Part shown: piece by piece, positions 20,177 through 28,357 of the stretch
Layout of the letters: each line of letters begins with the position of its first letter
How positions within the stretch are numbered: position 1 is the first letter of the stretch
NCBI GenBank assembly: GCA_963764505.1
Contig: CAVXSP010000001.1
Span: forward strand, 1,880,608 to 1,944,607
Origin: an uncultured Acidobacteriota bacterium
GTDB lineage: Bacteria > Acidobacteriota > Vicinamibacteria > Vicinamibacterales > SCN-69-37
Direction of reading: 5' to 3'
Length of the DNA: 64,000 nt
Made by a program: the position numbers and the translations under genes
The notes under the pieces: generated by a model
The model's input: only the letters and a program-made list of their open reading frames with translations
The model's database searches: none
What the model was told of the DNA's origin: nothing

Positions 20177-21635
20177 CGAATAATGCACCCCCGTCTGCGC
20201 TCTGCGTCTCGCGGATGGGCTCGGAGCGGGCATGCGGCCGTGCCGGCAGCTCGAGCGTCAGCCGTGTGCCCTGGCCCGGGGCCGTTTCGATCCGGAACGT
20301 GCCACCGAGCTGCTGGACGCGCTCGCGCATGCCGATCAGTCCGAGGCCGGGCGCGTGCTCCAGCCGTTCGACCGCCCCGACATCGAACCCCGACCCGTCG
20401 TCCTCGATCGTGACCACCACGGTCGTGGTCAGCCCCTGCAGGTAGACCCGGCAGATGCTGGCGTGCGCGTGCTTGGAGACGTTCGTCAACGCCTCCTGGA
20501 CGATCCGGTACAGCGCCACCTCCAGCTCGGGCGCGAGGCGCTGCGACATCTGTTCGTGCAGCAGCTCGGTCTTGATGCCGTGGCGCTTCGTGAAGCCTTC
20601 CAGGTGGTTCGCCAGCGCCGCCGTCAGCCCGAGATCGTCGAGGATCGCCGGGTGCAGCAGATGGGACAGGTCGCGAATCGTCTTGAGCGAGTCCTCGGCC
20701 ATCACGCGCGCGTCCTCGAGGCGCGCCGTCGCGATTGCCGGCAATCCCGGCGTCCGCTGGACGAGACCCAGTTCGACGCGAATGGCCGTGAGCGCCTGAC
20801 CGACCTCGTCGTGCAGCTCGCGCGAGATGGCCCGCCGCTCGTCCTCCTGGACGGTCGCCAGCCGTGCCGACAGTCGGTGGAGATCGTCGGTGATGCGGAG
20901 GTCCCGCGCCCGCTGCCGGCGCAGCTGCTGTTCCAGCCGGCTGCCGTAGAAGGTCGCCAGCAGTCCGACGAGCAGGCTCGCCCCGAGCGCCAGACCCAGC
21001 CGCTCCCAGGCGTGGCGCTGCGCGTCGCGGTTCAGCGCCCCCGTGAGATCGCGCTGACGCACGAAGGAGGCGCGGTTGAGCGTCTGTACCTGTTCGGAAA
21101 TCCCCATCGCGACGTCGCGCTTCGGCACGACGCGGCTCCGCAGGAGCGTCAGACCCGTCCGCGACCACTGGGTCGGATCGGTGTCGAAGACCGCGAGCAT
21201 CGCCTCGTGGAAGCTGTCGATCTCGCGACGCAGATTGGCCACACGCGCGCGCTCGTTCGGCGTGTCGAGCACGGGCACGTACTGGTCCAGCGCTCGAGCA
21301 GCCCGCGCGTACGCCTGCTCGAATTGCCGCCGGTATTCAGGGGTCTTCGAGACATCCGGATCGAGCAGCGCGTCGCGCACGAAGATCGATCCGAACAGCA
21401 CTTGCGTCCGGGTGTTCGAGAGCAGGTCCTGCGCGCGCAGGTACCGGCCGTTGAGATCCGCCGTCTGGGTCTCGAGGTCCGCCATCCGCTGCGTCATCCT
21501 GTACCCGGCGAGGAGCCACAGCATGAGCGTCATCCCGAAGCCCAGCACCAGCGCCGCCCTGAGCGTCAACCCTCCCACTCTCGAGGCGGGCTCCGCCTGG
21601 GTCATCCGATCGCCGAAGCGGGGAGTCCACCGCAC
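20148..21635 (-). CDS. NarX/DegS-type sensor histidine kinase (HisKA_3 + HATPase) with a two-TM periplasmic sensor region.
   Basis: The H-box is ISRELHDEVGQAL, and the ATPase motifs are DDGSGF and GLGLIGMRERV. The gene overlaps the start of its response regulator gene by 29 nt. Confidence 0.85.
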   Translation of the reverse strand: MRWTPRFGDRMTQAEPASRVGGLTLRAALVLGFGMTLMLWLLAGYRMTQRMADLETQTADLNGRYLRAQDLLSNTRTQVLFGSIFVRDALLDPDVSKTPEYRRQFEQAYARAARALDQYVPVLDTPNERARVANLRREIDSFHEAMLAVFDTDPTQWSRTGLTLLRSRVVPKRDVAMGISEQVQTLNRASFVRQRDLTGALNRDAQRHAWERLGLALGASLLVGLLATFYGSRLEQQLRRQRARDLRITDDLHRLSARLATVQEDERRAISRELHDEVGQALTAIRVELGLVQRTPGLPAIATARLEDARVMAEDSLKTIRDLSHLLHPAILDDLGLTAALANHLEGFTKRHGIKTELLHEQMSQRLAPELEVALYRIVQEALTNVSKHAHASICRVYLQGLTTTVVVTIEDDGSGFDVGAVERLEHAPGLGLIGMRERVQQLGGTFRIETAPGQGTRLTLELPARPHARSEPIRETQSADGGALFDGEPANLSG

Positions 21636-21879
21636 ACGGGCACCCTTCTCCTACATGGCGCGGACGAGCTGACGGCAGCCCGACGCGCGCGAGCGTCTCT
21701 CTGGCGATTCAACGGCACGAGGCAGAGCGGTGAACCCATTCTCTCACGCGGGAGCCCAGCCGCATACTCCCTATCGCGCAGAGACCCATCCGGGTCAAGG
21801 CTTTGAGCGGAACGCCATGCCGGAGCACAGTTATAGCAGAACTCGCCGCCGGCCTCGGCCGATATAATCCTCCGACGTC

Positions 21880-23190
21880 TTGGCCGAGCTCCCACGCAAA
21901 CTGGGCCTCTTCGATGGCGCCGCCCTCCTCGTCGGGTCGGTCATCGGATCGGGCATCTTCGTCGTCCCCCGGCTCATCGCGCAGCGTGTCCCGGAGCCGG
22001 GCCTCGTCATCGCCATCTGGGTGTTCTCAGGGCTGCTCGTCCTGTGCGGCGCCCTGACGCTGGCCGAACTGGGCGCCATGTTCCCTGAATCGGGAGGCCT
22101 CTACGTCTACATGCGCGAGGCGTACGGGCCGTTCTGGGCCTTTCTCTACGGCTGGACGATCATGCTGGTCGTCATCCCGGGCGCCCTCGCGGCCTTGACC
22201 ACGGCGTTCCTGCTCTACCTGGGGCAGTTCCTGACGATGTCGTTCCTGGCCGAGAAGGCGATCGGCATCGCCGTGCTCCTCGGTCTGGCGCTCGTGAACG
22301 CGCGCGGCGCCAAGCTCGGGGCCGGGGTGCAGAACCTGTTCACGATCCTGAAGGTCGGCGGCCTGGCCGCGCTCGTCGCGCTGGCCGTGGCGACGCGCCA
22401 TGGCACCACGGCGAATTTCCTGCCGCTCGCTCCAGCGCATTTCTCCGGCGGTGTGCTCGCCGCTGCGGGCGTCGCGATGATCTCGACCCTCTTTGCCTTC
22501 GACGGCTGGCACTTCGTCGGCTTCGTGGCCGGCGAACTGCGCGACCCGGCACGCACCGTCGTCCGCAGCATTCTCGTCGGCGTCGCCGTCGTCATCGCCG
22601 CCTACGTGGCGGCGAACCTGGCATACCTGTTCGTGCTCGGGCCGGCGCGCATCGCCGCCTCGGACCGCGTGGCGACCGATGCCATGGCGGCGATGATCGG
22701 GCCCGTCGGCGCGACGCTGATGACGGTGGCGATCCTGTGCTCGATCTTCGGCGCGATTTCGGCGAACGTGCTCGCCGGTCCTCGCGTGTTCTTCGCCATG
22801 GCGCGAGACGGCCGCCTGCTGCCGAGGCTCGCCGTCATTCACCCGAAATACGAGACCCCGGCGGCCGCCATCTGGGCGCTGGCGGGCTGGGCGGGGCTGC
22901 TGACGCTGACGGGCGGCTTCGAGCATCTGATCACGATGTCGCAGTTCGCCAACTGGATTTTCTTCACGATGGTCGTCCTCGCGGTCATGGTGCTGCGCCG
23001 GACGCGGCCCGGCCTGGAGCGGCCGTACCGCGTGACCGGCTATCCATGGACCGTGATCCTCTTCGTGATCGTCTCGTCCGTATTCGTCGTCAACACCCTG
23101 ATCGAGGCGCCGTCCAGCTCGCTTCTCGGCCTCGGTCTGCTCCTGCTGGGCGTGCCGTTCTACTTCCGGGGCGGGCGTTCCGCCGCCTGA
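21880..23190 (+). CDS. APC-superfamily amino acid permease.
   Basis: The N-terminus reads LGLFDGAALLVGSVIGSGIFVVP, and the protein has 12 TM-like segments. The start is TTG. Confidence 0.85.
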   Translation: MAELPRKLGLFDGAALLVGSVIGSGIFVVPRLIAQRVPEPGLVIAIWVFSGLLVLCGALTLAELGAMFPESGGLYVYMREAYGPFWAFLYGWTIMLVVIPGALAALTTAFLLYLGQFLTMSFLAEKAIGIAVLLGLALVNARGAKLGAGVQNLFTILKVGGLAALVALAVATRHGTTANFLPLAPAHFSGGVLAAAGVAMISTLFAFDGWHFVGFVAGELRDPARTVVRSILVGVAVVIAAYVAANLAYLFVLGPARIAASDRVATDAMAAMIGPVGATLMTVAILCSIFGAISANVLAGPRVFFAMARDGRLLPRLAVIHPKYETPAAAIWALAGWAGLLTLTGGFEHLITMSQFANWIFFTMVVLAVMVLRRTRPGLERPYRVTGYPWTVILFVIVSSVFVVNTLIEAPSSSLLGLGLLLLGVPFYFRGGRSAA

Positions 23191-23203
23191 GCGCGGGCTG
23201 CCG

Positions 23204-23425
23204 GTGAGGCCGACCGATCTCCGCCAGCGTCTCTGGAGGGTCCGCCGCCGCCACCACCACATCGACGCCAGCCTGCGGCGGTCGGCGTCGGCCTGGCTGC
23301 TCACGTTCTCCTACGATGACGGGGAGCTGGTCACGTGGCCGTTCGAGCGCCGGCAGGCGGCGGCGGCGGAGGCCGCTCGCCGGCGCGATGAGCTGCTGCG
23401 CGCCGGCTGGACCGTGCACTGGTAG
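23204..23425 (+). CDS. Small hypothetical protein (73 aa).
   Basis: GC3 is high and the gene is tightly packed after the permease. No family was recognised. Confidence 0.35.
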   Translation: MRPTDLRQRLWRVRRRHHHIDASLRRSASAWLLTFSYDDGELVTWPFERRQAAAAEAARRRDELLRAGWTVHW

Positions 23426-23426
23426 C

Positions 23427-24692
23427 TCACCGGGTGCGGAAGCCGTACCGGGCGAGCAGCCGCTTCATCGTCAGGCCCTGGACGACGATCGAGAACACGA
23501 CGATCGCGTAGGTGGAGACGAGCAGCAGGCCCTTCGCCGGGAACGACGGCAGCGACAGGACCATGGCGACGGGGAGCCCGCCGCGCAGACCGCCCCAGGT
23601 CAACACCGGAATCAGGCCACGGGCCGAGGGACGCGGCAGGCGCAGCGCAAAGATGGGAAAGGCGACCGAGGCGAGGCGCGCGGCGAGCACGACCGGAATC
23701 AGCAGGATCCCGGCGCTCACCCCGTTGAGGCCTGCCGGGACGGACAGCACCTCGAGTCCCAGGAGCAGGAAGAGCACGGCATTCAGGATCTCGTCCATCA
23801 TGTTCCAGAAGGCCCCGATGTAGGCCTGCGTCTGGGCGCTCATCGCCTTCCGCCGGCCCGGATTGCCGATGAGCAGGCCCGAGACGACCATCGCGATTGG
23901 CCCGGAGACGCCGAGCCGGAACGAGAGCGAGTAGGTGAACATGACGAGGGCCACGGTGATGAGCAGCTCCAGGGTGTGCTCGTTGAGCGTCTTGAGGGCG
24001 CGGTAGGCGGTGTAGCCGAACCCGAGCCCGAGCGCCGCGCCTCCTCCGACCTCCCGAAGGAAGAAGAGCGCGAGGTCGCCCGGCTGCATCGACAGGTGTT
24101 CGCCCGCGGCGCCCGACAATCCCGCAATCGAGCCGAGCGCCACGAACAGCACGACCCCGATGCCGTCGTTGAACAGCGATTCACCGGCGATCTGGACCTC
24201 GAGGTCCTTCGGTGCGCGCACCTGCTTCAACAGGGCGAGCACGGCGATCGGGTCCGTCGGCGAGATCAGCGCGCCGAACATGAAGCAGACGGTCAGCGGC
24301 AACGGCAGTCCCACGAGTCCGAACACCGCATGGCTGAGCCAACCCGTCAGGGCGGTCGAGATGATCACGCCGAAGGTCGACAGGAGCCCGATCGACCATT
24401 TGTGCGCCAGCAGGACGGTCAGATCCACGTGGAGCGCGCCGGCGAAGAGCAGGAACGAGAGCATTCCGTGCATCAACGCCTCGTTGAAGTCGATCTGCGA
24501 GAGAAAGCGGTCGAGCGCCTCGCGCAGCGAGAGTCCCGGCACCACCGTGTCGAACGCCAGGACGCCAACCGAGCTCACCAGCGCCACGAGCAGGGTCCCC
24601 GTGGTGGCCGGGAGGCGCAGCACGCGATGATTGACGTATCCGCAGACAGCCGCGACGGCGATCAGGATCGCGGCGACGTCGAACGCGTTCAT
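23427..24692 (-). CDS. CPA1-family Na+/H+ antiporter (NhaP-like).
   Basis: Motifs FGALISPTDPIAV and ESLFNDGIGVVLF are present in a polytopic protein. The start is at the internal ATG (MNAFDVAAIL). Confidence 0.85.
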   Translation of the reverse strand: MNAFDVAAILIAVAAVCGYVNHRVLRLPATTGTLLVALVSSVGVLAFDTVVPGLSLREALDRFLSQIDFNEALMHGMLSFLLFAGALHVDLTVLLAHKWSIGLLSTFGVIISTALTGWLSHAVFGLVGLPLPLTVCFMFGALISPTDPIAVLALLKQVRAPKDLEVQIAGESLFNDGIGVVLFVALGSIAGLSGAAGEHLSMQPGDLALFFLREVGGGAALGLGFGYTAYRALKTLNEHTLELLITVALVMFTYSLSFRLGVSGPIAMVVSGLLIGNPGRRKAMSAQTQAYIGAFWNMMDEILNAVLFLLLGLEVLSVPAGLNGVSAGILLIPVVLAARLASVAFPIFALRLPRPSARGLIPVLTWGGLRGGLPVAMVLSLPSFPAKGLLLVSTYAIVVFSIVVQGLTMKRLLARYGFRTR

Positions 24693-24820
24693 GAAGAAGA
24701 GGATTATCCTCCGTCGCGCGGGCGGGGCCCCGCGAGTGAGCGTGTCGGGGGCCCGGGCAAAGCCCCGGATCAATCACTATATGATCGAGCTGTCATGCGG
24801 CCGGATGGGTTCTCTGCGCC

Positions 24821-25225
24821 ATGACGAGTCACGAAATCGCCGTCGACCTGCATCAGCTCCTGCAGGATCACGTCGAGACGTACGAACAGCTCGAAGTGCT
24901 GCTGCTGTTCGCGGGCCGTTCCGGGGAGGCGTGGACGACGGCCGAGGTCGCGGACGCGGCGAAGCTGCAGACGCCGACGGCATCCGAGGCGCTGGAGGAT
25001 CTGAGCCGGAGCGGCGTGCTGGAGCGCACGGAAACCGGTGGTGTGGCACGCTTCGTCGTGTGCGCGGCGCGGGCGCGCGCCGTGGATCGGCTCGGTGAGG
25101 CGTACCAGCGCGACCGGCTCGGAGTCATGAATCTGATGACGGCAAATGCGCTCGATCGCGTGCGCACCTCGGCGCTGCGCGCGTTCGCGAAGGCGTTTCT
25201 CCTCGGGAGGGAGCGCGATGGCTAA
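24821..25225 (+). CDS. Winged-helix (MarR/ArsR-like) protein. It is the first gene of the DAC-like cassette.
   Basis: The sequence EQLEVLLLFAGRSGEAWTTAEVADAAKLQTPTASEALEDLSRSGVLER fits a wHTH pattern. Its stop overlaps the next start by 8 nt. Confidence 0.55.
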   Translation: MTSHEIAVDLHQLLQDHVETYEQLEVLLLFAGRSGEAWTTAEVADAAKLQTPTASEALEDLSRSGVLERTETGGVARFVVCAARARAVDRLGEAYQRDRLGVMNLMTANALDRVRTSALRAFAKAFLLGRERDG

Positions 25226-25475
25226 GGCGGTCTATCTGCTCTGCGCCGCCATGAGCATTCTCTGCAGCGCCCTGCTCTTCCGCGGGTTCGCCGTGGACCG
25301 CAGCCGGCTGCTCCTGTGGAGTGGCGTCTGTTTCGCCGGGCTGGCGCTCAACAACGTGCTGCTCGTGTTCGATCTCGTGATGGTCCCCCAGATCGATCTG
25401 GCGGTCATCCGGACTCTGACCGCGGCCGGCGCGCTGGCGGTGCTCCTGTTCGGTCTCGTCTGGGAGCTGAAGTAG
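25218..25475 (+). CDS. Small 3-TM membrane protein, paralog A (possibly the family NCBI labels DUF5985; from memory, unverified).
   Basis: The protein is 85 aa with three hydrophobic helices. Its motif LLFRGFAVDRSRLLLW aligns with FFLRFWKTTGDRLFVF in the next gene. Confidence 0.6.
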   Translation: MAKAVYLLCAAMSILCSALLFRGFAVDRSRLLLWSGVCFAGLALNNVLLVFDLVMVPQIDLAVIRTLTAAGALAVLLFGLVWELK

Positions 25476-25477
25476 TC

Positions 25478-25738
25478 GTGGCGCTGGCGGTTCTCCAGGG
25501 GATGCTCGCCGCCGCCTGCGGCGTGGCGGGGCTGTTCTTCCTCCGGTTCTGGAAGACGACCGGCGACCGGCTGTTCGTCTTCTTCGCGCTGGCCTTCTGG
25601 GTGCTCGGGGCGCACTGGGCCGTGCTCGGCATCGCGAGTCCCGCGGCCGAGAGCCGGTATTATTTCTTTCTGCCCAGGCTGTTGGCGTTCCTGCTGATTA
25701 TCGTGGGCATCGCGGACAAGAACCGCCACCGCACCTGA
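25478..25738 (+). CDS. Small 3-TM membrane protein, paralog B.
   Basis: The GTG start lies 2 nt after the upstream stop. The protein is 86 aa with three helices and is paralogous to the preceding gene. Confidence 0.6.
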   Translation: MALAVLQGMLAAACGVAGLFFLRFWKTTGDRLFVFFALAFWVLGAHWAVLGIASPAAESRYYFFLPRLLAFLLIIVGIADKNRHRT

Positions 25739-25748
25739 ATCGAGACTC

Positions 25749-26888
25749 ATGCTCGGACCCACGTATCCGGTCGCCGGCCTGGTCGCGCCGCAGCTGCAGG
25801 CTCATTTCGCCCGGCATCTCGCCGAGGCCCGCCAGCGGGGGGACCACGCGCTGGCCTCGCTCCCGTCCATCGATGCGATCGTCGTCGTCGTCGACGCGGC
25901 GTTCTGGGCGAGCCTGCGGCACGAGGAGGGCTACGCGTCGAAGATCTCGCTCGCCTATCTCGCGCCCCACGAGGTCCCGCAGCCGATGGTGTTCGAGCGC
26001 CCGATCCCGCTGGATCCGGCCGCGCTCGCCAAGGTCGCGCCGGCCGTCGAGCGCGCCGGCATCCACCTCGGCGTGTGGCCGCAGGGCGAGGAGCTGCGCG
26101 TCTGGGGCACGGCGGGGACGGTTCCGGCGCTCTGTTTCGTGCTCGAGGTCGCCGGGCCGGGCCTCCTCGTCGTCAAACATCATCGGGGCGAGGAGTCCGG
26201 CAAGTTCGTGAACGTCGCCGTGCTCGAAGGCGACCAGATCAAACTGATCGACGAGCACGCCTCCAGTCTGCCCGATTGCCCGGCCCTGCTCACGTCGCTC
26301 CTCGGGTTCGATTCTCCCGCGACCTGGGTGGACTCGGTGAACGTGCTGGTGCAGCTCGCCGTGTCCATGCGGGCGCACGGTCGCGGTGGTTCGCTCATCC
26401 TCGTGCCGGCGGGCGGGCACGCGTGGCGGGAGTCGATCGTCCATCCGCTGCCGTACGCGGCGCACCCGCCGTTCGGCGCGCTGGCCGAGCTGGCCCGGGC
26501 GGAGCCGGAACGGCGCCGGGAGCGGGGCTGGCAGGACGCGCTCGGCCGCGCGGTCAGTGCGCTCGCGGGCCTGACGGCCGTCGATGGCGCGACGATTCTC
26601 ACCGCCGATTACGAGCTGCTGGGATTCGGCGCGAAGATCGCGCGCCGGAAGGGCTCTCCGCAGGTGGCGCAGGTCACCATTACGGAGCCGATCGCCGGAG
26701 GCATCGCCGAGGTGATCGAGCCGGCCCAGCTCGGCGGCACGCGGCATCTCTCGGCCGCGCAGTTCGTGCACGATCAGCGCGACGCGATCGCGCTCGTCGC
26801 ATCGCAGGACGGCCGCTTCACCGTGTTCGCCTGGTCCCCCTGCGAGAAGATGGTGCACGCCCACCGCGTCGAGACGCTGCTGCTCTGA
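25749..26888 (+). CDS. Divergent DisA_N/diadenylate-cyclase (DAC)-like domain protein with a ~190-aa N-terminal putative sensor domain.
   Basis: The C-terminal half has the DAC motif order: HGRGGSLILVP (compare GALIVI), LTAVDGATILTADYELLGFGAKI (DGA motif), and LGGTRHLSAAQFVHDQRDAIALVASQDGRFTVF (compare GTRHRAA...VVSEETG.IS). The second Arg of RHR is replaced by Leu. Confidence 0.6.
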   Translation: MLGPTYPVAGLVAPQLQAHFARHLAEARQRGDHALASLPSIDAIVVVVDAAFWASLRHEEGYASKISLAYLAPHEVPQPMVFERPIPLDPAALAKVAPAVERAGIHLGVWPQGEELRVWGTAGTVPALCFVLEVAGPGLLVVKHHRGEESGKFVNVAVLEGDQIKLIDEHASSLPDCPALLTSLLGFDSPATWVDSVNVLVQLAVSMRAHGRGGSLILVPAGGHAWRESIVHPLPYAAHPPFGALAELARAEPERRRERGWQDALGRAVSALAGLTAVDGATILTADYELLGFGAKIARRKGSPQVAQVTITEPIAGGIAEVIEPAQLGGTRHLSAAQFVHDQRDAIALVASQDGRFTVFAWSPCEKMVHAHRVETLLL

Positions 26889-26935
26889 CCGCCGGGAACC
26901 CGCGCGGTCGACGGACGTCGAATCTTCCTGTCACA

Positions 26936-27667
26936 ATGGAGCACATGGTTCGTGCGCTTCGCCGGGTGGCGACGCTCGTCGCCCTCGTCGCGCTCGGCGC
27001 GTGCTCGATTCGCGACTCGGCCTGCGGCCGGCCGCCCGATCGGGAGCCCACGCCGGACGAGGTGCCCGTCGCGCAGGCGGGGATGACGGCTCCCCAGGCC
27101 TTCCGCATCGTATTCCTCGGAGACAGTCTCACCGCCGGCCTCGGCATGTTGAGCGATGAAGCCTATCCGATGGCGATCCAGCAGAAGTTCGCCGACGAGG
27201 GGTATTCCAACGTCGAAGTGGTCAACGCCGGCATCAGCGGCGACACCACGGCCGGGGGGCTGCAGCGTGTCGACGGGCTGCTCGACCAGGACGTGAAGAT
27301 CCTGGTGGTCGCGCTCGGAGGCAACGATGCGCTGCGCGGCCTGCCGGTCAGCCAGACGCGCGACAATCTCGAGAAGATTCTCGACGCTGCCCAGGCCCGC
27401 GGCGCGATGGTCCTCCTCGCCGGCATGGAGGCGCCGACGAATCTCGGAGAGGACTACCAGCAGGAGTTCCACGCCGCGTTCCTGCAGGTCGCCCGCGACC
27501 ACCGCAACATCGTGTACGTGCCCTTTCTCCTCGACGGCGTGGCCGGACACCCGGATCTCAACCAGGCGGACGGCATTCACCCGAACAAGGCCGGAGCCGC
27601 GCTGATCGCCGAGCACATGTACCCGAAGCTGCGGCTGATGGTCGACACGCTCGGAGGAGGCGGGTAG
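26936..27667 (+). CDS. SGNH/GDSL hydrolase (TesA-like arylesterase / lysophospholipase), lipoprotein-like.
   Basis: The catalytic blocks are FLGDSLTAG (block I), GGNDAL (block III) and DGIHPN (block V). The N-terminus is signal- or lipobox-like (LVALGACS). The gene lies next to ybbA/ybbP-like genes. Confidence 0.85.
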   Translation: MEHMVRALRRVATLVALVALGACSIRDSACGRPPDREPTPDEVPVAQAGMTAPQAFRIVFLGDSLTAGLGMLSDEAYPMAIQQKFADEGYSNVEVVNAGISGDTTAGGLQRVDGLLDQDVKILVVALGGNDALRGLPVSQTRDNLEKILDAAQARGAMVLLAGMEAPTNLGEDYQQEFHAAFLQVARDHRNIVYVPFLLDGVAGHPDLNQADGIHPNKAGAALIAEHMYPKLRLMVDTLGGGG

Positions 27668-27695
27668 GAAGCCCAGAGCCCAAAGCCCAATGCCT
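27668..27695. repeat. Heptamer tandem array, 4 units (GAAGCCC AGAGCCC AAAGCCC AATGCCT).
   Basis: Read directly from the sequence. The array fills the 30-nt spacer between the tesA-like stop (27667) and the ABC ATPase ATG (27698). Confidence 0.85.
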
Positions 27696-27697
27696 CG

Positions 27698-28357
27698 ATG
27701 ATTGAGCTCTTCGACGTCTCGCGCACCGTGACGAGCGGGGCCGCCCCCCTGACGATTCTTCATCCGACGAGCCTGCGGATCGAGCGCGGAAGCGCCGTCG
27801 CGATCACCGGCCCGTCAGGAAGCGGCAAGTCGACGCTGCTCGGTCTGATGGCGGGTCTCGACGCGCCGACGACCGGACGCATTCTGCTGGACGGTGTGGA
27901 CATCACCGCGTTGGGTGAAGATGCCCTCGCCCGGCTGCGCGGCGAGCGGATCGGGATCGTGTTCCAGTTCTTTCATCTGATTCCGACGCTCACGGCGCTC
28001 GAGAACGTGCTCGTGCCGATGGAGATCGCCGGCGCGCCCCACCCCGCCCGTCGCGCCCGCCAGCTCATTGCCGAGGTCGGGCTCGTCGATCGGGCGGGCC
28101 ACTATCCCTCGCAGCTGTCAGGCGGCGAACAGCAGCGCGTGGCGATCGCGCGGGCGCTCGCCAACGAGCCGCCGATTCTGCTGGCCGACGAGCCGACCGG
28201 CAATCTCGACACCACGACGGGCGCCCAGATCATCGACCTGCTGGTGTCGATCAACCGCGACCGCGGACGGACCCTCGTGCTGGTCACTCACGATCGGGAC
28301 CTTGCCGACCGTGCCGACCGCGCGATTGCGCTGCGGGATGGGCGGGTGGTCGGATGA
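27698..28357 (+). CDS. ABC transporter ATP-binding protein (YbbA/LolD-like).
   Basis: It has Walker [10 protein letters not shown], the signature [15 protein letters not shown], and Walker [13 protein letters not shown]. Confidence 0.9.
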   Translation: MIELFDVSRTVTSGAAPLTILHPTSLRIERGSAVAITGPSGSGKSTLLGLMAGLDAPTTGRILLDGVDITALGEDALARLRGERIGIVFQFFHLIPTLTALENVLVPMEIAGAPHPARRARQLIAEVGLVDRAGHYPSQLSGGEQQRVAIARALANEPPILLADEPTGNLDTTTGAQIIDLLVSINRDRGRTLVLVTHDRDLADRADRAIALRDGRVVG

